The notes: generated by a model from the sequence alone, not told the origin. A stretch of 64,000 nt of DNA from an uncultured Bacilli bacterium (GCA_944372425.1 CALVZC010000006.1:202-64201), one strand, 5' to 3'. Counted from the stretch's first letter, positions 20,930-30,275 are shown. Program-made: numbers and translations.

Positions 20930-21753
20930 ATTTATTAGCTAATTTAGATGAAGTAAAATTACAAATGTCAATTGAGATAATTGAAAAATATTCATCTACA
21001 GATTATGATGTTTTTGAAGCAGTTAGTTTATTGAATGACTCTAAATATTACCAAGAAACTTATAAAGTTTTAACAAATGAATATGCAATAAAAGCAGGAA
21101 TAGCACTAGAAGGTGCAAAAATAATAAATGAGTCCCAACACGATTTTAATGCTAAAAATGCAATGAAAGTTTTAACAAATGCGAATGCAATAGAAGCTGG
21201 AATAGTGCTAGATGGTGCAAAAATAGTAAATGAGTCTCAACACGACTTTAATGCTGAAAATGCAAGTATAGTTTTAACAAATGCGAATGCAATAAAAGTG
21301 GGAATAGCGTTAGAAGGAGCGAAAATAACAAATGAGTCCCAACACGATTTTAATGCTCTTTATGCAAGTAGAGTTTTAATAAATGCTAATACAATAAAAG
21401 CAGGAATAGCGCTAGATGGTGCAAAAATAGTAAATGAATCTAATAAAGGATTTAATGCCGAATATGCAAGCGCAACATTAACAACCTTTGAGTTAATAAT
21501 ATTTAGACAAATAGGAAACGAATTAATTTTAGAAACTGCTCGAGCAATTAGTAAATTGAAGGATGAAAATAGATCTAGATGGGCATATCATCATTTACTT
21601 GACGTCCCATTCTGTAAGTTAACCTCAACATGTAAGTTCACAATAGAAATGAGTAAAAAAGAAAATATTATTGATGAATTAATTTCAGAATTGGAAAGTG
21701 ATTCTTGTAAAAATGTTGAACCTAAAAGGTATATTAAAAAAATTATGTCCTAA
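20926..21753 (+). CDS. Tandem 34-aa repeat protein, unknown function
   Basis: 275 aa. Four full 34-aa repeats, consensus VLTNANAIKAGIALxGAKIVNESQHDFNAxNAxx. TTG start without a clear RBS. Confidence 0.6.
   Translation: MNLLANLDEVKLQMSIEIIEKYSSTDYDVFEAVSLLNDSKYYQETYKVLTNEYAIKAGIALEGAKIINESQHDFNAKNAMKVLTNANAIEAGIVLDGAKIVNESQHDFNAENASIVLTNANAIKVGIALEGAKITNESQHDFNALYASRVLINANTIKAGIALDGAKIVNESNKGFNAEYASATLTTFELIIFRQIGNELILETARAISKLKDENRSRWAYHHLLDVPFCKLTSTCKFTIEMSKKENIIDELISELESDSCKNVEPKRYIKKIMS
21067..21474 (+). repeat. 4 x 102-bp in-frame tandem repeats
   Basis: Units start at 21067, 21169, 21271 and 21373, each beginning gttttaa(c/t)aaatg. High nucleotide similarity. Confidence 0.9.
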
Positions 21754-21785
21754 AAATTAATAAATAGCTAAATTAGATTTGTGTG

Positions 21786-21817
21786 CTAGTTAATTTAAAA
21801 TATTAACTAGTTTTTTT
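21786..21817 (+). terminator. Intrinsic terminator
   Basis: ctagttaat/attaactag stem plus T7. Confidence 0.7.
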
Positions 21818-22044
21818 GTAAATATTATTTTAAAATTATTGCACATAAATAAAGAAAAATTATATTGAATTTAAAAATACACTGCCAAATAATAAAATTT
21901 ATAGTTTTCTTACATTAATATTTGCTAGTAAAAGATATTTAATTAAATGAACTATCACGTAATATTATAAAATTTAACATTAATTTGTATTCACAAACTA
22001 TAATATTTTTGGTAAAATAATAATATTGAAAAGAGGTATATATT

Positions 22045-23226
22045 ATGAAAATTATGTCAATAAATGCTGGAAGTAGTTCACTAAAATTTTCATTGTTTGA
22101 TATGGCTACAGAAGGAGTACTAATATCAGGATTATTTGAAAGAATCGGAATAGAAGGAAGTGGATACACTTTAAAATATAAGGGCGATAAGATAAAAGTT
22201 GAAACTGAATTACCAGATCATTCAGTAGCAGTTAAAATTTTACTTGAAAAGTTAATGGAACTTCAAGTTATTTCTACATTAGAAGAAATTGAAGGAGTAG
22301 GACATAGAATTGTTCATGGTGGAGATAAATATACTAAATCAGTTATGGTAACAGATGAAGTTATTGATGATATAATTAGATTTAGTGATTTTGCACCATT
22401 ACATAACCCAGCTCATGCAATTTGTATAAAAGCTTTTAAAGAAGTGTTGCCAAAAACACCTATGGTTGTCGTTTTTGATACGGCATTTCATCAAACAATA
22501 GAAAAAGCAAGATATTTATATCCAGTACCATATCATTGGTATGAAGAATATCATGTTAGAAAATATGGAGCTCATGGTACATCACATAGATATATTGCAA
22601 CTAAATTAGCAGAAGAATTAAAAAATGAAAATTTAAATATAATATCATGTCATTTAGGAAATGGTGGAAGTATTACGGCTATTTCAAATGGTAAATGTGT
22701 TGATACATCTATGGGATTTACTCCTCATGCAGGAATAATGATGGGAACGAGAAGTGGAGATATAGATGTTTCTATTGTTCCTTATGTTATGGAAAAAGAA
22801 GGAAAAAGTGCTAGTGAAATAATGAATGATTTAAATAAAAAATCAGGATTTTTAGGAGTAAGTGAATTCAGTAGTGATTCTCGTGATATTGAAGAAGGCA
22901 TTAAGCAAGGCAATGAAAAATGTATTTTAGCTGAAGAAATGTTTGTAAATTCAGTCGTAAAATATATAGCACAATATTATGTTCTACTTGGACATGTTGA
23001 TGCTATCTGTTTTACTGCTGGAATAGGAGAAAATAGTGTTGATACAAGGCTTCAAATCATCGAAAAGCTTGCACCATTAGGTATAAAAATTGATGTTGAA
23101 AAAAATAATGTTAGAGGAAAATTTGCTAAAATAAATAGTGATGATTCAACAGTAGAAATCTATGTAATACCAACTAACGAAGAATTAATGATAGCAAAAG
23201 ATACTATGGATATTATAAATAGATAG
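22045..23226 (+). CDS. ackA: Acetate kinase
   Basis: 393 aa. INAGSSSLKF start motif and FHRIVHGG-like motif. Confidence 0.95.
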   Translation: MKIMSINAGSSSLKFSLFDMATEGVLISGLFERIGIEGSGYTLKYKGDKIKVETELPDHSVAVKILLEKLMELQVISTLEEIEGVGHRIVHGGDKYTKSVMVTDEVIDDIIRFSDFAPLHNPAHAICIKAFKEVLPKTPMVVVFDTAFHQTIEKARYLYPVPYHWYEEYHVRKYGAHGTSHRYIATKLAEELKNENLNIISCHLGNGGSITAISNGKCVDTSMGFTPHAGIMMGTRSGDIDVSIVPYVMEKEGKSASEIMNDLNKKSGFLGVSEFSSDSRDIEEGIKQGNEKCILAEEMFVNSVVKYIAQYYVLLGHVDAICFTAGIGENSVDTRLQIIEKLAPLGIKIDVEKNNVRGKFAKINSDDSTVEIYVIPTNEELMIAKDTMDIINR

Positions 23227-23235
23227 GAAATTATA

Positions 23236-24186
23236 ATGTTAAAAAGTATATATGAAAAAATAAAAAAATTTAATACAATAGTTATTGCTAGGCACATTGG
23301 AGTAGATCCTGATGCTTTAGGAGCACAATTTGCTTTGAAAAAATCAATAGAAAAAACTTTTAAAGAAAAAAAAGTTTATGCCGTAGGAAGTAAAAGTTCT
23401 AAATATAATTATTTCCCTAAATTAGATAAATATGAAAACATTGATAAAAAAGCTTTACTTATAGTTGTAGACACTCCTGACAAGAAAAGAATAGATATAA
23501 CGGATATAGAGAATTATCAAGAGATATGTAAGATTGATCATCATCCTTTTATCGAACAATTTGGTGAATATGAATATATAAAAACAAATTCTAGTAGTGC
23601 ATCAGAGTTAGTACTTGATTTTATAAAAGAAAATAATATGTTTATTGATGAAGAAATAGCTAAATATATATTCTTAGGAATTGTTTCAGATACTAATCGT
23701 TTTTTATTTAATACAACAGCAAATACTTTTGAAATAATATCCAGTTTAATAAAAAAATATAATTTAGATATTGAAAAATTGTATCAAAATTTATATATGA
23801 GACCAATAGCAGAGATAAAATTTCAAGGTTATATTGCTCAGAATATGAAAATAACTGAAAATGGATTAGGGTATGTTATAATAACAAATGAAGTAATGAA
23901 CGAATATGGCGTTGATTCAAGTTCTGCTGGCAATATGATAAATAATTTTAATAATATAGAAGAAGTTATCGTCTGGGCAACTATATCTGAAGATATAAAG
24001 AATCATTTAATAAAGCTAAATATAAGATCAAGAGGACCAATTATAAATACGGTAGCTGAGAAATATAATGGTGGTGGTCATAAATTTGCAAGTGGTGCAA
24101 GAGTTCCTACGATGGAAATAGCTAACATGCTTATAAAAGATTTGGATAATGCTTGTAAAAATTATTTAGAACAAATGGAGGAATAG
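23236..24186 (+). CDS. nrnA: DHH/DHHA1 phosphoesterase (NrnA-type oligoribonuclease / pAp phosphatase)
   Basis: DHH motif (KIDHHPF) and GGGH motif (YNGGGHKFASGA). Confidence 0.85.
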   Translation: MLKSIYEKIKKFNTIVIARHIGVDPDALGAQFALKKSIEKTFKEKKVYAVGSKSSKYNYFPKLDKYENIDKKALLIVVDTPDKKRIDITDIENYQEICKIDHHPFIEQFGEYEYIKTNSSSASELVLDFIKENNMFIDEEIAKYIFLGIVSDTNRFLFNTTANTFEIISSLIKKYNLDIEKLYQNLYMRPIAEIKFQGYIAQNMKITENGLGYVIITNEVMNEYGVDSSSAGNMINNFNNIEEVIVWATISEDIKNHLIKLNIRSRGPIINTVAEKYNGGGHKFASGARVPTMEIANMLIKDLDNACKNYLEQMEE

Positions 24187-24189
24187 ACC

Positions 24190-24801
24190 ATGAAATTTAA
24201 CGATGTTAATTTAGAAATAAGTGCTGTCAGAAGAAGTCAGTATCCAGACGATGGACTTATCGAGTTTATAATGATTGGAAGAAGTAATGTCGGAAAAAGT
24301 AGTTTTATAAACACAATTGTTAATAAAAAAAATTTAGCAAGAATTTCTTCGAGGCCTGGAAAAACAAGTACCTTGAATTTTTACAATGTTGATAATAGTT
24401 TTTATCTAGTAGATGTTCCTGGTTATGGGTACGCTGATACTAGCAAAGAAGAAATAAGAAAATTTGGCCTTATGGTTGAAGAATACTTAGAAAAAAGAGA
24501 AGAGTTAAAAAGAGTTTTTTTACTAATTGATTTTAGACATAAACCAACTAGCGATGATGTATTAATGTATAATTTTTTAAAGTATTATCAAATACCAGTT
24601 ACAATAGTAGCAACTAAAGCTGATAAAGTAAGTGCAAAAGAAAAAGAAAAAAATTTAAAGGCTATTAAAGAAACTTTAGATATAGTAGTAGGAGATAATA
24701 TTGTATTATTTTCTAGTATAAGTAAATTAGGTAGAGAAGAAATAATTTCTATTATGGAAAATATTTTAAGTAATAAATTACTAGAAATTAAGGATAATTA
24801 A
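24190..24801 (+). CDS. engB: Ribosome biogenesis GTP-binding protein YsxC/EngB
   Basis: GRSNVGKSSFIN P-loop, DVPGYGYA, TKADK. Confidence 0.92.
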   Translation: MKFNDVNLEISAVRRSQYPDDGLIEFIMIGRSNVGKSSFINTIVNKKNLARISSRPGKTSTLNFYNVDNSFYLVDVPGYGYADTSKEEIRKFGLMVEEYLEKREELKRVFLLIDFRHKPTSDDVLMYNFLKYYQIPVTIVATKADKVSAKEKEKNLKAIKETLDIVVGDNIVLFSSISKLGREEIISIMENILSNKLLEIKDN

Positions 24802-24859
24802 TAAATAATTTTATAATTTGCAAAAATAAGAAAGAAACATACTATACAATAGGTGAAAT

Positions 24860-25294
24860 TTGGTGAAGTTTTCTATTGTAGACAATAATAAATTTAGTAT
24901 TTATGTTAACAATAAATATTTAGAATTCAAGAATGATAATGAAAGCAATCTATATAATTCATTAAAAAAAATTTTGATAAATGTCAGAAAAAAATACGGA
25001 ATAAATATTTATGGTTTTTTTGATGTAGATATTTATGAAATAAATAAAATAGGCACAATATTGAAATTTGAAAAAAAAGATGATGATGAATTTATTAACA
25101 AAACTGTTGATTTAAAAATTACAAATCATGATAATAATAATATATATTTGAAGTTCTCTGATTATTATTTAATAAATAAATATAAAAATATAAAATTTTT
25201 AAATAAAAGTTATTATCTGAATGTTAATGAAATAAAAGAAGAAGATATAGACAAACTTATAGAATTTTGTGATATTACAATTGGACTTTGTTGA
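24860..25294 (+). CDS. Hypothetical protein
   Basis: 144 aa, N/K-rich. Non-ATG start (TTG/GTG) after AGGTGA. No motif recognised. Confidence 0.45.
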   Translation: MVKFSIVDNNKFSIYVNNKYLEFKNDNESNLYNSLKKILINVRKKYGINIYGFFDVDIYEINKIGTILKFEKKDDDEFINKTVDLKITNHDNNNIYLKFSDYYLINKYKNIKFLNKSYYLNVNEIKEEDIDKLIEFCDITIGLC

Positions 25295-25341
25295 ATAAAG
25301 TCTTTTTCTTTGCTATAATATAGTGGAATTGAGGTGGTAAT

Positions 25342-26646
25342 ATGAAATTACCGACAGTAGCATTGGTAGGTAGACCAAATGTTGGAAAAAGTACAATTTT
25401 TAATAAATTAGTTGGGGAAAAAATATCTATTATTGAAGATACTCCAGGTGTAACTAGAGATAGAATTTATAGTGAAGCTAGTTATAAAAATTATAGATTT
25501 AATGTAATTGATACAGGTGGCATTGATTCTAGTAATGAAGAATTTAATGATAATATAAAAATTCAGGCTGAAATAGCTATTGATGAGGCAGATGTTGTTT
25601 TATTTGTTGTCGATGGAAAAGAAGGATTGACAAGTAATGACTATTTAGTTAGAGATATGTTACGAAATAGCGGAAAAAAAGTTATAGTAGTAATAAATAA
25701 AATCGATAACAAAAAAGCAGAGGAAAATATTTATGATTTTTATGAATTGGGTTTCGATAGTTATATACCAGTAAGTGGTGAACATGGAATAGGTTTTTTT
25801 GAATTATTTGACGAGATTGTTAGTAATTTTTCACCAAACGATAATGTTGTAGAAGATAAAAGATTAAAATTTTCTGTTATTGGAAGACCAAATGTTGGAA
25901 AAAGTAGTTTAATAAACGCTTTATTGAATGAAGAAAGAGTTATTGTAAGTAATGTTGCGGGGACAACAAGAGATGCTATAGATACGATATTGAAGTATAA
26001 TGGTGAAGAATTTATTATAATAGATACAGCCGGAATGAGAAAAAAGGGAAAAGTTTATGAAAATATTGAAAAGTATAGTCTCATGCGAAGCATGAAAGCA
26101 ATTGATAGAAGTGACTTATGTTTGCTGGTAATAAATGCTGAAGAAGGAATAATAGAACATGATAAACATATTGCAGGATATGTTTTAGAAAAAGGTAAAG
26201 GCTTAATAATCGTAGTAAATAAATGGGATAAATTAGAAAATCCTAGTATAAAGGAATACACACAAAAAATAAGAAATGAATTTCAATTCTTAAGTTATGC
26301 ACCGATTGTGTTTGTTTCAGCATTAACTAAAAAAAGAATTCATACGATAATGCCAGAAGTTTTAAAAGTAGGAGAAAATATAAATAGAGAAATAAGTACA
26401 AGCTTATTAAACGATGTAATAAGTGAAGCTTATCTTTTAAATATACCACCATCATATAAAGGAAAAAGACTAAAAATATATTTTACAAATCAATCAGGAA
26501 CAAAACCTCCAAAATTTACCTTTCATGTTAATAACAAAGGACTTGTGCATTTTTCTTATGAAAGATATTTAGAAAATAAATTAAGAGAAAATTTTGAATT
26601 AGAAGGAACACCAATTGTGTTACAATTTAAGAATAGAGGTGAATAA
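25342..26646 (+). CDS. der: Ribosome biogenesis GTPase Der (EngA)
   Basis: Two tandem GTPase domains (GRPNVGKST twice) plus a KH-like C-terminus. Confidence 0.96.
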   Translation: MKLPTVALVGRPNVGKSTIFNKLVGEKISIIEDTPGVTRDRIYSEASYKNYRFNVIDTGGIDSSNEEFNDNIKIQAEIAIDEADVVLFVVDGKEGLTSNDYLVRDMLRNSGKKVIVVINKIDNKKAEENIYDFYELGFDSYIPVSGEHGIGFFELFDEIVSNFSPNDNVVEDKRLKFSVIGRPNVGKSSLINALLNEERVIVSNVAGTTRDAIDTILKYNGEEFIIIDTAGMRKKGKVYENIEKYSLMRSMKAIDRSDLCLLVINAEEGIIEHDKHIAGYVLEKGKGLIIVVNKWDKLENPSIKEYTQKIRNEFQFLSYAPIVFVSALTKKRIHTIMPEVLKVGENINREISTSLLNDVISEAYLLNIPPSYKGKRLKIYFTNQSGTKPPKFTFHVNNKGLVHFSYERYLENKLRENFELEGTPIVLQFKNRGE

Positions 26647-26648
26647 TT

Positions 26649-26822
26649 ATGTGGTGGCCATTTAATAAAGAAACAAAAGAAAATAAAGAAGAAATTTTAA
26701 AAGGTTTATTAAAGGCTCAAGAATTATTAAATCAAAGATTTGCTATGAAACAAATGGATAATGAAACTTATTTAAAAAAAGCAGAAGAATTACGTAAAAA
26801 AATAGAAAAATATCAAAAATAA
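26649..26822 (+). CDS. Hypothetical small helical protein (57 aa)
   Basis: Untracked ORF MWWPFNKETKENKEE...KIEKYQK immediately after der. Coding status unproven. Confidence 0.35.
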   Translation: MWWPFNKETKENKEEILKGLLKAQELLNQRFAMKQMDNETYLKKAEELRKKIEKYQK

Positions 26823-26865
26823 CAAATAAAACGTCTTTACATATAATTATGTAGGAGGTTTTTTT

Positions 26866-27105
26866 ATGTTTGGAGATTCTTTTTTTAAGAAAGTAGAAGA
26901 TAAGACAAAAGTAGATAAAAATACAATTATATCTTTAGCCAATAAATTACAAAATTCTAATATGAAAGATGAAAATGTATTAAGTGAATTAATAGATGAT
27001 ATATCAAATTTAACTGGTAAAAAGGTAAGTGAAGAAAAAAAGAAAAAAATAATAGATACAATTGCCAAAGACAATGTACCAAAAGATATAGACAGTATGT
27101 TATAA
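26866..27105 (+). CDS. SpoVIF-like (stage VI sporulation protein F family) small protein
   Basis: 79 aa. The pattern FFKKVEDKT.V...I..LA..LQNSNMKDEN...LI..IS...GKKVS.E...KII..I matches my memory of B. subtilis YjcC/SpoVIF. Confidence 0.5.
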   Translation: MFGDSFFKKVEDKTKVDKNTIISLANKLQNSNMKDENVLSELIDDISNLTGKKVSEEKKKKIIDTIAKDNVPKDIDSML

Positions 27106-27134
27106 AATAATATTTGTTACTGACATAAAGTAGT

Positions 27135-27163
27135 TTGACAAAATTATTCATACATATTAAAAT
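27135..27163 (+). promoter_or_regulatory. Sigma-A type promoter of cassette 1
   Basis: -35 TTGACA, 17-nt spacer, -10 TAAAAT, 27 nt upstream of the ATG. Confidence 0.6.
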
Positions 27164-27189
27164 TTATTATAGGAGGAATAATAGATAAT

Positions 27190-27705
27190 ATGAGTAACAG
27201 AGATAAAAAAAATATTATGATTGTAGCTCTTTTAATAGCAGTTGTTTTTATGTCAGTAGGATATGCATTATTATCAACAAAATTAGACGTTCAGGGGACT
27301 TCAACAATAGTTGATCCAGTTTGGGATGTAGGAATTATATCAATAAGTGAAAATTCTACAGAAGGCTATGCTAATAGTTTAAATTCAACAGTTATTAATA
27401 AATTTTCAGCAAAATTTAATGTTGAATTGCAAATGCCAAATGATAAAGTCACATATACAATTAATGTCAAAAATGAGGGGACAATTGATGCTAAACTTAA
27501 TTCTATATCGATAATGCCAGAAGATTACAATGAGGGATTTATAAAATATGAAATAGAAGGAATAAAAGCAGGGGAAGTATTATCAGTAGGAGAAAGTAAA
27601 ACTTTCACTTTATCTGTTATGTATAACAGTGATGCAACTGGTCAGCCACAAGAAGAAGACTTAACTAAAGAAATTAGTTTAATACTTGATTATATCCAAA
27701 AATAA
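27190..27705 (+). CDS. Small secreted protein with a TasA/SipW-type signal region (cassette 1 cargo)
   Basis: 171 aa. N-terminal K-rich n-region, h-region, then GYALLSTKLDVQGTSTI. TasA-like PNDKVTYTINVKNEGTIDA strand motif. Confidence 0.75.
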   Translation: MSNRDKKNIMIVALLIAVVFMSVGYALLSTKLDVQGTSTIVDPVWDVGIISISENSTEGYANSLNSTVINKFSAKFNVELQMPNDKVTYTINVKNEGTIDAKLNSISIMPEDYNEGFIKYEIEGIKAGEVLSVGESKTFTLSVMYNSDATGQPQEEDLTKEISLILDYIQK

Positions 27706-27731
27706 GTAATTTATTATAAGTTACTTTTTTT
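27704..27731 (+). terminator. Weak hairpin plus T-run after the cassette 1 cargo gene (possible attenuator)
   Basis: aagtaa/ttactt 6-bp stem, 11-nt loop, T7. Confidence 0.3.
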
Positions 27732-27771
27732 ACTTTATTATTGTTTGTAATAAAAAAATAATGGAGGATTT

Positions 27772-28917
27772 ATGAAAAATAAAAGAATTATACTTTTATA
27801 TTTAATGTTATTTGTATATATTACAATAAACAATTTAATGATGCAGTCTAAATTTGTTTATTATAATTCAGTAATAATTTCTCCATTTTTATTGTTTGTA
27901 ATAACCATAATTGCATATTTCTTATTGCCAACAGCTCAAAAAAGAATTAAATATAAATATGAAAAAAATCAAAACGTTATTATAATAATTTTTTTATATC
28001 TAATTATTTATTTTATTTCTGGATTAATTTTCGGCTATTCATATTCTATATATAGTAAAGACTTATTGACTTTAATAAAAAATATATATAGTGTATCAAT
28101 TATTATAGTTTTAAGTGAATATATAAGAAATAAATTAGTAGTCAATAGTAGTGATAATTATATAAATAATGTACTAATTTCAATAGCTTTAATTTTGATT
28201 ACTTTTAATTTTTCTTATTTTTTTAGAAATATTTATCCTTTTTCAGTAGGATTTAAGTATATAGCATCACAAATTATTCCTAATTTGGTAATAAGCTTTA
28301 CTTTAACTTATCTTTCAAGAAAATGTGGATTGATTTCAACTTTAATTTGTAATTTATCTCTTGGTTTAATTGCAATAATTTTACCAATTTTACCTAATAT
28401 ATCTTGGATAATATTATCAATATTAAAAATAGTCTTAGCAATGTTTCTTTATTTTAACATTAATTATTTTGAATTAATGTATGATAGAAAATATCATCGA
28501 TATTTACTTAATAAGAATACGAAATCAACAACGATTTTGTTTATTATAGTAATAATATTAATTATGTTTATTTTAAAATTTTTTAAATATTATCCAATTT
28601 CTATCTTATCAGATAGTATGAAAAATACTTTTTCTCGTGGTGATATAGCAATTATCGAAAAATTAGATAGAGATTATATTGAAGAAATTCAAGTTAATGA
28701 TATAATTTATTATAAGAAAAATAATAAATTAATAATACATCGTATTGTAAATATTGAAATAATTAACAACAGAATAGTAATAACAACTAAAGGTGATAAT
28801 AATGATGATATTGATCCATGGAAAGTATATGAAGAAGAAATTGTCGGAATAGTTAAAGGGAAAATACCTTTTCTTGGATATCCAGCAGTATGGCTTAACG
28901 AAGCATTTAACGATTAG
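27772..28917 (+). CDS. Polytopic membrane domain fused to an ER/archaeal-type (SipW-like) signal peptidase I
   Basis: 381 aa. About 8 TM segments over the first ~270 aa, then the S26 motifs SDSM (Ser), IHRIV (His rather than Lys), GDNN..D. Confidence 0.8.
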   Translation: MKNKRIILLYLMLFVYITINNLMMQSKFVYYNSVIISPFLLFVITIIAYFLLPTAQKRIKYKYEKNQNVIIIIFLYLIIYFISGLIFGYSYSIYSKDLLTLIKNIYSVSIIIVLSEYIRNKLVVNSSDNYINNVLISIALILITFNFSYFFRNIYPFSVGFKYIASQIIPNLVISFTLTYLSRKCGLISTLICNLSLGLIAIILPILPNISWIILSILKIVLAMFLYFNINYFELMYDRKYHRYLLNKNTKSTTILFIIVIILIMFILKFFKYYPISILSDSMKNTFSRGDIAIIEKLDRDYIEEIQVNDIIYYKKNNKLIIHRIVNIEIINNRIVITTKGDNNDDIDPWKVYEEEIVGIVKGKIPFLGYPAVWLNEAFND

Positions 28918-28925
28918 GAGGAACT

Positions 28926-29999
28926 ATGAAAAATAAAGAGAAAGAAGTTTTAAAAAAGACAGTAATTAGAAGCTCTCTTTTATTAATATCCATTTTTTCT
29001 TTAATATTTGGAATATTAATAACTATTGAAGGAATAACAAACAACAAAGAAGAAAAAGAGGAATTAATTAGTTATGAATCAAACGGTAATATTGATTATC
29101 AGATAAGTTTAAAAGAAAATGATTTTTATAATATTGAAAATACAAATTACAAAAATATAATAGGAAAATATATTGATAATATAAATTTAAGATTTAACTA
29201 TGAATTTTCAGCATCAAATTTATTAAATTCTGAAGTTAAATATTCTTTAAAACTATATTTAGTAAGTGAATATACTGCAAATAATAAAAAAGAAGAAATA
29301 TGGAAACAAGAATATGAACTAATTCCTGAAACAGAAGAATTAAATATTAATAGTGGTATAGTTACGATATCTAAAGATATTACTTTTAATTATGACGAAT
29401 ATAATGAAATAGCTAAGAAGGTAAGATCAGAATCTGGTGTATTAACTGATTCTTACATAAAAGTAGAGTTTATTGTTAATAACAAGTTAGAATTGATAGA
29501 AAAAGATATGAATTTTAACGATAATCATACATTAGTAGCAAAAATATCACTACTAGATAATATTGTAACGTTTGAAAAGATAAATGAATACAATAATAAA
29601 GAAACATTGTATAATACTATTTCTGAAAATGCAAATTATCCATTATTAATAACAGGAATATGTTTATTACTAGTATCATTATTATTATTAATTCAGTCAT
29701 TAAAAATGTTTATAAACACTAGTGCAGAATCAAAATACATAATAGAACAAAATAAAATTTTAAAAAGATATGGTGATGTTATTGCAGAGACATCGACAAA
29801 GCCAAATTTAGAGGATACTAATATAATTGAGATAACTAATTTTATTGATATGATTAATATAGAAGATGAGCTTAGAATACCAATTTTATTTTATGAAAGC
29901 ATAAAAGGAAAAGAATCATGGTTTATTATTATTAACAATAATAAGGCATATAGATATATATTAAAAATAAAATTAAAACGAAAAAGTAATGTAAGTTAG
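28926..29999 (+). CDS. Bitopic membrane protein, cassette 1 third gene (possibly DUF5305-like)
   Basis: 357 aa. TM1 near residue 20, an ~200-aa external domain, TM2 near residue 245, and a ~95-aa cytoplasmic tail. Paralog of 50138..51244. Confidence 0.7.
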   Translation: MKNKEKEVLKKTVIRSSLLLISIFSLIFGILITIEGITNNKEEKEELISYESNGNIDYQISLKENDFYNIENTNYKNIIGKYIDNINLRFNYEFSASNLLNSEVKYSLKLYLVSEYTANNKKEEIWKQEYELIPETEELNINSGIVTISKDITFNYDEYNEIAKKVRSESGVLTDSYIKVEFIVNNKLELIEKDMNFNDNHTLVAKISLLDNIVTFEKINEYNNKETLYNTISENANYPLLITGICLLLVSLLLLIQSLKMFINTSAESKYIIEQNKILKRYGDVIAETSTKPNLEDTNIIEITNFIDMINIEDELRIPILFYESIKGKESWFIIINNNKAYRYILKIKLKRKSNVS

Positions 30000-30244
30000 A
30001 AATATAAAAAGGAAAAAAATAGCGTAAAAAAACAAAAGACAAAACAAATGCTCAAATATAAATATTTTAATTTTGTTTCATATTTTAGTAATAATGAATT
30101 ATTTATTGATAGTTTTTCATTTTATATGGTATTTTCATATTTTTCTTTTTATATATGGAAACCTTAATTTTGATCTTTGTTGTTTTATAATTAAACTAAG
30201 TACGTAAGTAAAAATATATTTAATAATAGGATATTTTGTTTATG

Positions 30245-30275
30245 CCAATTGCAAATATTTGTAATTGGATTTTTT
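30245..30275 (+). terminator. Intrinsic terminator
   Basis: ccaattgcaaa/tttgtaattgg stem (1 mismatch) plus a T-run. Confidence 0.5.

Noticed and set aside
21067-21474. Calling the 34-aa repeats TPR, TAL-effector or ankyrin repeats
   Set aside because: Only the period (34 aa) or a short LxGAxIxNE resemblance fits. None of the family consensus positions are matched, so it is left unclassified.
27772-28581. Assigning the polytopic N-domain of the fusion peptidases to the CPBP/CAAX-protease family because of the E-x-x-R motif
   Set aside because: The His-containing motifs that define that family are absent, and the domain has essentially no conserved His. A single E-x-x-R is insufficient.
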